This document shows positions 61,201 to 64,000 of a stretch of DNA of 64,000 nt, one piece after another. The position numbers and the translations under genes were made by a program. Positions within the stretch are counted from its first letter, which is position 1. Every line of letters begins with the position of its first letter. Below the pieces are notes generated by a model, which saw nothing but the letters and a program-made list of their open reading frames with translations, did not search any database and was not told the DNA's origin. The stretch spans positions 49,426,348-49,490,347 of the forward strand of contig JAUZTB010000118.1 in the NCBI GenBank assembly GCA_034780895.1, given 5' to 3'. The DNA is from Rhynchobatus australiae (taxonomy: Eukaryota).

Positions 61201-62515
61201 TGCAGATTTTTCAGAGCTTTAGTGGACAACATAGTTTTAAAGGGAGATTTCACACCACTTGAGGCAAATATCAAAATACCAGATCAAGGGAAAAGCTAAT
61301 AAACTGCCAAACATTGGCACATCAGAAAATGCCTGTCAACAGATGTATGTTTTATACATGCACAATAGACCAACACAAGAAAAAGCAGCTCTCTTGCAAT
61401 GCAACGTGATTATTCCAGCTTAATGAAACAGAACAAACTTTTAGATGTTTCTCCACATTCTACATGGGAATGAACAGAATGTAACCCAGGCAAGTGAATC
61501 AATATTCACCTCTATTCAGGCCATGTCTGTTAAGTAGCTAATAGCAGGCATTTCAAAAATTGATTGTAATGGCCCAAATTTTGCAGTTGGAACAGCAGTG
61601 AGATGGTCAGTATTTGCTCCTATTAAGCTGTGAAAGTTAAAACAGCTTCTGGAGTACATGTGTACAAGTCAGTTAAACAAAAATCCAGGAGTTGCTGCCA
61701 GTGATACCCTGAAACCCTTCAGGTCATGCTGTGCTACAGTATTCACCAAGGTAATAAGCCAGATCATTCATTTCTGGAAAGAACCTCATTTATCAACAAT
61801 ATCACTGTAATAAATACTGAAAAGGTTATATTTCATTGTACTGTGGCTGCTAAGTCACGATTGCTGCTTAACAACCACTTTGGACCTAGAAGAAAACCAA
61901 TTGTGTAGGGAGTGTTATTCTTTCACCTTCGTATTTCATGATTTTATATTTACATTTTTCTTTAAAGAAGTTTTGATATTTCAGCTATCACAATCTGCAG
62001 TGAAAGTTCCAATCCTCATTCCATGCTCAATAAAAAGTTTAAAAATGTAGTTAAAAATTTTGCTCCCCAGCTCCTGGTTTGCTGTTTGAGAATCAGCTTG
62101 ATTGCTCAGGTTAATTGATCACATTGCTGCTGTTGGACACAAATGTTCTGCCAAAGCACATTCTCAACATCAGTGGAGGTTGGGCTAGATCACCACAGAA
62201 TTTTCACTGATTGTTGCAGGCAACTTTGCTTTCACCCCCAGATACAGCAGCAAGCACCGTCTCTTTGCTGTTGACTGCAAAATCCAGGCCATTAACCTTC
62301 AGGAAAGAGAGCTGCACATTTCCATTTACAACTACAACTTCCCAGCCCCAACAAATAATAAAAGAACCTACCCCTCCTGCTTTCAGCAATTTTCGACGAA
62401 ATTCTTCAGTTGGATTGTTGAAGGTGAGTTTTTCACAACGGAGATGATTTACAGGTGGATGTCCCTCAAGATGCAAGAATAAGTCATAATCAAAGCGCAC
62501 CTTCTTGGGCTCTTC
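7106..62515 (-). CDS. MLLT3: MLLT3 / protein AF-9 (YEATS + AHD, super elongation complex/DOT1L partner), 5'-partial. Spliced CDS: complement(join(7106..7237,9076..9147,13168..13239,15256..15358,19048..19171,21827..21896,55183..55761,62372..62515))
   Basis: Eight exons with AG/GT boundaries and compatible phases join to 1296 nt (431 aa + TGA). Diagnostic AF9 rather than ENL/MLLT1 residues: [41 protein letters not shown]-terminal LETSGAS. Exons 1-3 lie beyond the right edge of the window. Confidence 0.97.
8672..9007 (+). mobile_element. CR1 LINE 3' end
   Basis: ORF 8674..8880 RVDSQRLFP...[23 protein letters not shown] matches the CR1 ORF2 C-terminus; ends gggcctgtattgtgttgtattgttct. Confidence 0.85.
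9076..9147 (-). CDS. MLLT3: MLLT3 exon 10 (AHD), 72 nt
   Basis: gtctttag|GCA TAT CTG...CAA CAG|gtaaga; [24 protein letters not shown]. Confidence 0.97.
9690..10045 (-). mobile_element. CR1 LINE 3' end
   Basis: ORF 9763..10029 [14 protein letters not shown]...[23 protein letters not shown]. Confidence 0.88.
13168..13239 (-). CDS. MLLT3: MLLT3 exon 9, 72 nt
   Basis: caacag|GTG TTA GAA...GAC AAG|gtaagc; [24 protein letters not shown]; phase 0/0. Confidence 0.95.
15256..15358 (-). CDS. MLLT3: MLLT3 exon 8, 103 nt
   Basis: ttattccag|A ATG AGT TTG...AAC CAG|gtatgg; (R)[34 protein letters not shown]; phase 2/0. Confidence 0.93.
17440..17552 (+). mobile_element. V-SINE 5' fragment
   Basis: gaagtttgtacattctccccatgattacatgggtttttctctggg V-domain. 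Confidence 0.65.
17553..18780 (-). mobile_element. CR1 LINE with decayed reverse transcriptase and internal deletions
   Basis: ORF 18064..18393 [19 protein letters not shown]...[13 protein letters not shown] carries the CR1 RT motifs QHGF and DxSKAFD; CR1 3' tail near 17555-17670. Confidence 0.88.
19048..19171 (-). CDS. MLLT3: MLLT3 exon 7, 124 nt
   Basis: tttaaacag|GT CCT CTG AGA...GGA CAC AG|gtagta; (G)[40 protein letters not shown](R); phase 1/2. Confidence 0.93.
21827..21896 (-). CDS. MLLT3: MLLT3 exon 6, 70 nt
   Basis: ttcctttaag|TCT CAA CAG...AGA CAA G|gtaaag; [23 protein letters not shown](G); phase 0/1. Confidence 0.93.
22337..23240 (+). mobile_element. RTE-clade (BovB-like) LINE 3' remnant
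   Basis: Frameshifted remnants of QIHW...[14 protein letters not shown]...HVICMPDS, and the terminal zinc-finger-like [10 protein letters not shown] in ORF 23004..23252. Confidence 0.65.
23610..24345 (-). mobile_element. CR1 LINE 3' fragment
   Basis: ORF 24020..24208 [18 protein letters not shown] resembles the CR1 'ERVQRRFTRMIPG' motif; typical 3' tail. Confidence 0.75.
25655..26287 (+). mobile_element. Rex1/Babar-like LINE 3' end
   Basis: aagaagctgcagagagttgtggacacagccc (KKLQRVV) and cttccatcaggtagaaga (LPSGRR); tail gtgacaataataaaccaatacc. Confidence 0.7.
27413..27930. mobile_element. Non-autonomous Tc1/mariner DNA transposon (IR/DR type)
   Basis: TA|CAGTAGCATTGCAAAAGTTTAGGCACCCCTGGTCAAAATTTCTGTTACT ... 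AGTAACAGAAATTTTGACCAGGGGTGCCCAAACTTTTTGCATGCCACTG|TA; about 90 bp of terminal inverted repeat visible; TA target-site duplication. Confidence 0.88.
31735..33365 (-). mobile_element. CR1 LINE 3' fragment interrupted by a Penelope-like insertion
   Basis: CR1 tail at 31735-31970 continues at 33010-33365 (ctctcaccttaaacctatgcccct...ggccacatcctggtgaacctcttctg). Confidence 0.75.
31970..33000. mobile_element. Penelope-like retroelement: two 3' portions in inverted arrangement
   Basis: Left arm (minus) encodes [22 protein letters not shown], a PLE GIY-YIG endonuclease C-terminal motif; the right arm is its reverse complement; perfect 22-bp inverted repeat 32435-32456 / 32521-32542. Confidence 0.82.
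40860..41470 (+). mobile_element. Rex1/Babar-like LINE fragment
   Basis: Remnants of the RT C-terminus ([49 protein letters not shown]). Confidence 0.75.
41815..42140 (+). mobile_element. Degenerate CR1 3' end
   Basis: ttcaaattcatgaaagg...ttcttccacacagcaagtagtcacaatctggaattcattg. Confidence 0.55.
43660..43943 (-). mobile_element. V-SINE (HE1-like), near full length
   Basis: Reverse complement of the 1703-1975 copy; B-box gggttcaattcc at about 43884-43895. Confidence 0.88.
45020..45680 (-). mobile_element. CR1 LINE 3' region with a nested V-SINE fragment (about 45375-45480)
   Basis: ORF 44958..45284 [17 protein letters not shown]; ORF 45266..45475 switches from SINE sequence into [12 protein letters not shown]. 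Confidence 0.8.
45805..45860. mobile_element. One terminus of a Tigger/pogo-like MITE
   Basis: Three gttcgt(a/t)agt subterminal repeats, ending ggggactgcttg|TA. Confidence 0.55.
45863..46025 (+). mobile_element. CR1 3' tail
   Basis: ttggacaggtacatggatagg...gagttgggctgaagggcctgtttct...tataactctataactct. Confidence 0.8.
46490..46875 (-). mobile_element. CR1 3' fragment
   Basis: ORF 46648..46836 [24 protein letters not shown]. Confidence 0.7.
46875..47220. repeat. Degenerate (CCATC/CCATT)n pentamer simple repeat
   Basis: C/A/T-rich, G-poor tract with recurring ccatc/ccatt; accounts for ORF 46986..47282. Confidence 0.8.
48344..48494. repeat. Minisatellite, about 35-bp unit x about 4.3
   Basis: Unit approximately aaactcactgggaccccatttcccatactcccttt, starting at 48344, 48379, 48413, 48448 and 48483. 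Confidence 0.85.
48640..49260 (+). mobile_element. CR1/L2-group LINE 3' fragment
   Basis: caagtcaggagcacgatggaatactct...aagaagcttgacatcatccagaacaaagcagcc; tail caccatctttccaagggcaatt...aatgctgtccttgccag. Confidence 0.7.
49434..49571 (-). CDS. MLLT3: Putative alternative MLLT3 exon (alternative first coding exon or cassette) encoding a 46-aa coiled coil
   Basis: ATG at 49571; [46 protein letters not shown], then consensus donor AAG|GTAAGT at 49433; phase 0 matches the exon 6 acceptor; same strand as the gene; not recognisably TE-derived. Confidence 0.65.
49940..50252 (-). mobile_element. V-SINE
   Basis: ggaaaccagagcacctggaggaaacccacacagtcacagggagaacatgtaagctc...ggatcgaatcc...ctgtgccacggtgcc. 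Confidence 0.85.
50795..51326 (+). mobile_element. Rex1/Babar-like LINE 3' end carrying a short Penelope-derived insertion (51007-51138, minus)
   Basis: Matches 41340-41470; the insertion is flanked by the direct repeat gtctctgat (50998-51006 / 51139-51147). Confidence 0.72.
51426..51520 (-). mobile_element. V-SINE fragment, same family as 43660-43943
   Basis: ggggcagcccgcaagtgtcgccacgcttccagcaccaacatagcatgccc is nearly identical to 43725-43810. Confidence 0.85.
54480..54920 (+). mobile_element. CR1/L2-group LINE 3' fragment, same family as 48640-49260
   Basis: atccagaacaaagctg...ttcaggaaggcagcacatgatcttctgatgggc...gtgctgaccttgtcaac. Confidence 0.65.
55183..55761 (-). CDS. MLLT3: MLLT3 exon 5 (large K/S/E-rich disordered region), 579 nt
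   Basis: tttgtag|GAT CCA AAT...AAA TCT GAG|gttagt; [37 protein letters not shown]...[24 protein letters not shown]; overlaps ORF 55030..55713; phase 0/0. Confidence 0.96.
58773..59150 (+). mobile_element. Degenerate CR1 3' end
   Basis: aagagatttaattgagatgtacgtaatt...aagtagtacttagataagcactc. Confidence 0.55.
60930..61176 (-). mobile_element. V-SINE
   Basis: gaatgtgggaggaaacctgagcacccagaggaaacccatgcagaca...ggaattgaaccc...gctaactgctatgctactgtgcc. Confidence 0.85.
62372..62515 (-). CDS. MLLT3: MLLT3 exon 4 (C-terminal part of YEATS domain), 144 nt
   Basis: tttag|GAA GAG CCC...GCA GGA GGG|gtaggt; translates [48 protein letters not shown]; phase 0/0. Confidence 0.97.
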
Positions 62516-62989
62516 CTAAAAATGAATGCAAGATATCCAATTGACCCAGACTTATTTTGGCAATCCAGTCTCACGACAATTTTTGGTTTGTGATTGAATT
62601 TGCTCAGGTTTAGAAAGGAAAAATAGAAGTTCTCAATTGGGCAAAAGAGTCAAAAAATAAAAAGAAAATCAAACTTGTAAGGCAAAAAGATTTATGTCGC
62701 TTGCCACTGTAAAATACAGTAGATTATCATCAAGTGTTCAGGACACCACAGAGAGAAAAGGTACTGAGTAATTAATTGCCAAGTCTAACATATCTGTGGA
62801 ATAATCTACAGTTCCCACNNNNNNNNNNNNNNNNNNNNNNNNNNNNNNNNNNNNNNNNNNNNNNNNNNNAGTTATTCTTATTCACAGCATAAAGAAAATT
62901 AAGCACAATCCTAGGCTACCGTTTTGAATCGTTACACAGGACATGAGCCCCTTATCTTCCACATACCAAATCCCCATTTCTAATGCTGG

Positions 62990-63600
62990 TACATGAAAAT
63001 AATTTTACCCTAATGCATTATTGGCTAAAGGACACAAAGTGGCAGAATACAATTGCTTCTCTGGCTGGAGACAAGTAGAAAGCGGGGTTCCAAGAGGTCA
63101 GCAATTACGATCACTGGTTTTCTTGTTGTATATAAATAACAGCTCTGAGCAGAATATTGCAGTTGGCAGAGGATAAAAAAGTTTACCATGTTTAAATAGT
63201 GAGCAAGTCAATGGCCAACTTGCAGGATCCAGACAGAAATAGGCCAACTCCTACCAGATAATATGTTGTCCCTCACAAGAAACGACAATGTAAATTATGC
63301 TAATTTGAGGATAGGCAGGTTGGGAGAGAAGGAGCCTGGGCTAAAGCTTCATAAACCCATGAATGTGGCAGGCAAATTGTTAAGGGATTAAGAAAACATA
63401 CGGGATATGTAAATACATAACAAGTAAGTAGGGCAAATGAGTACAAAAACAAAGATGGCATGCTAAACCTTTGCAAGTCATAGGTTTAGTCTCAGCTGGA
63501 GTATTTCATATAATTCAGGAAGTACTTCGGGTATTCGAATGGGTTTATTTACTAGAATGGTGCCAGGGATGAGAGACTTGAATTGGGTTAGTAACTGATT
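62990..63600 (+). mobile_element. Highly decayed CR1 reverse transcriptase fragment
   Basis: agcggggttccaagagg (SGVP.G), ttcttgttgtatataaataac (FL.YIN), ttggcagaggataaaaaa (degenerate FADDTK). Confidence 0.6.
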
Positions 63601-64000
63601 GTGGGGGTTGGGCAGGGGATCAGAGACCAGACAAAATGGTAAAAAAAGACTAAAGTCTTTCCCAACTCCTTTCATGGGCTTCCTCCTCCTTCAAAGAGTA
63701 GCAGTTTTCATTTTTAAACCAGCCATTTAAATTTAGAGCTGTATTAAAAATTTAGACTACCTCCAGGTGTCCATTGCTGCCGTTTCCAATCCTTTTGTTC
63801 CTGCTTGCAGACGTTCTGGTCTGCTAAGCAAATCTGAAGCTAAACTACCACAGCAACAAGACTCCTGACTCTATTAGAAACTTATGTTTGTGAATTAATT
63901 ACAAAGACATCAAAAATGAACTGAAATTTGACCTTTCACCCAGATCACTTTCCTTATAAATTTGATTTTAAAAAAATGATTTGATCATTCTAAATTTTCC

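Noticed and set aside
62204-62371. ORF extension [10 protein letters not shown]... after the YEATS exon (similarly VSTICVE... after exon 5)
   Set aside because: Read-through into the intron past a clear GT donor
7106-62515. Assignment to the paralogue MLLT1 (ENL)
   Set aside because: Diagnostic residues in YEATS, exon 5 and the AHD follow AF9

Overview
This is eukaryotic, AT-rich vertebrate DNA from a gappy draft assembly. The repeat content (V-SINE/HE1-like SINEs, CR1, Rex-Babar-like, RTE and Penelope-like retroelements, Tc1) points to a cartilaginous fish (shark or ray); that assignment is inference. The window holds the 3' part of one gene, MLLT3 (AF9), on the minus strand. Eight GT-AG coding exons, numbered 4-11 after the human gene from memory, splice in frame into 1296 nt (431 aa plus stop). 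They cover the end of the YEATS domain, the K/S/E-rich middle region and the ANC1-homology domain (AHD), followed by a roughly 2.2 kb 3' UTR. The most notable signal lies in the 33 kb intron 5: a phase-0 coding exon at 49434-49571, absent from the canonical AF9 sequence as I recall it, that encodes a heptad coiled coil and ends in a perfect AAG|GTAAGT donor. Spliced to exon 6, it would give a YEATS-less 'coiled-coil + AHD' AF9 isoform, or it could act as an in-frame cassette. Other observations: a second candidate internal promoter, absence of the mammalian poly-serine tract, Penelope-derived inverted repeats with decayed hammerhead ribozyme motifs, and a palindrome at an assembly gap. Repeat boundaries are approximate and family names come from recognition, not a database search.
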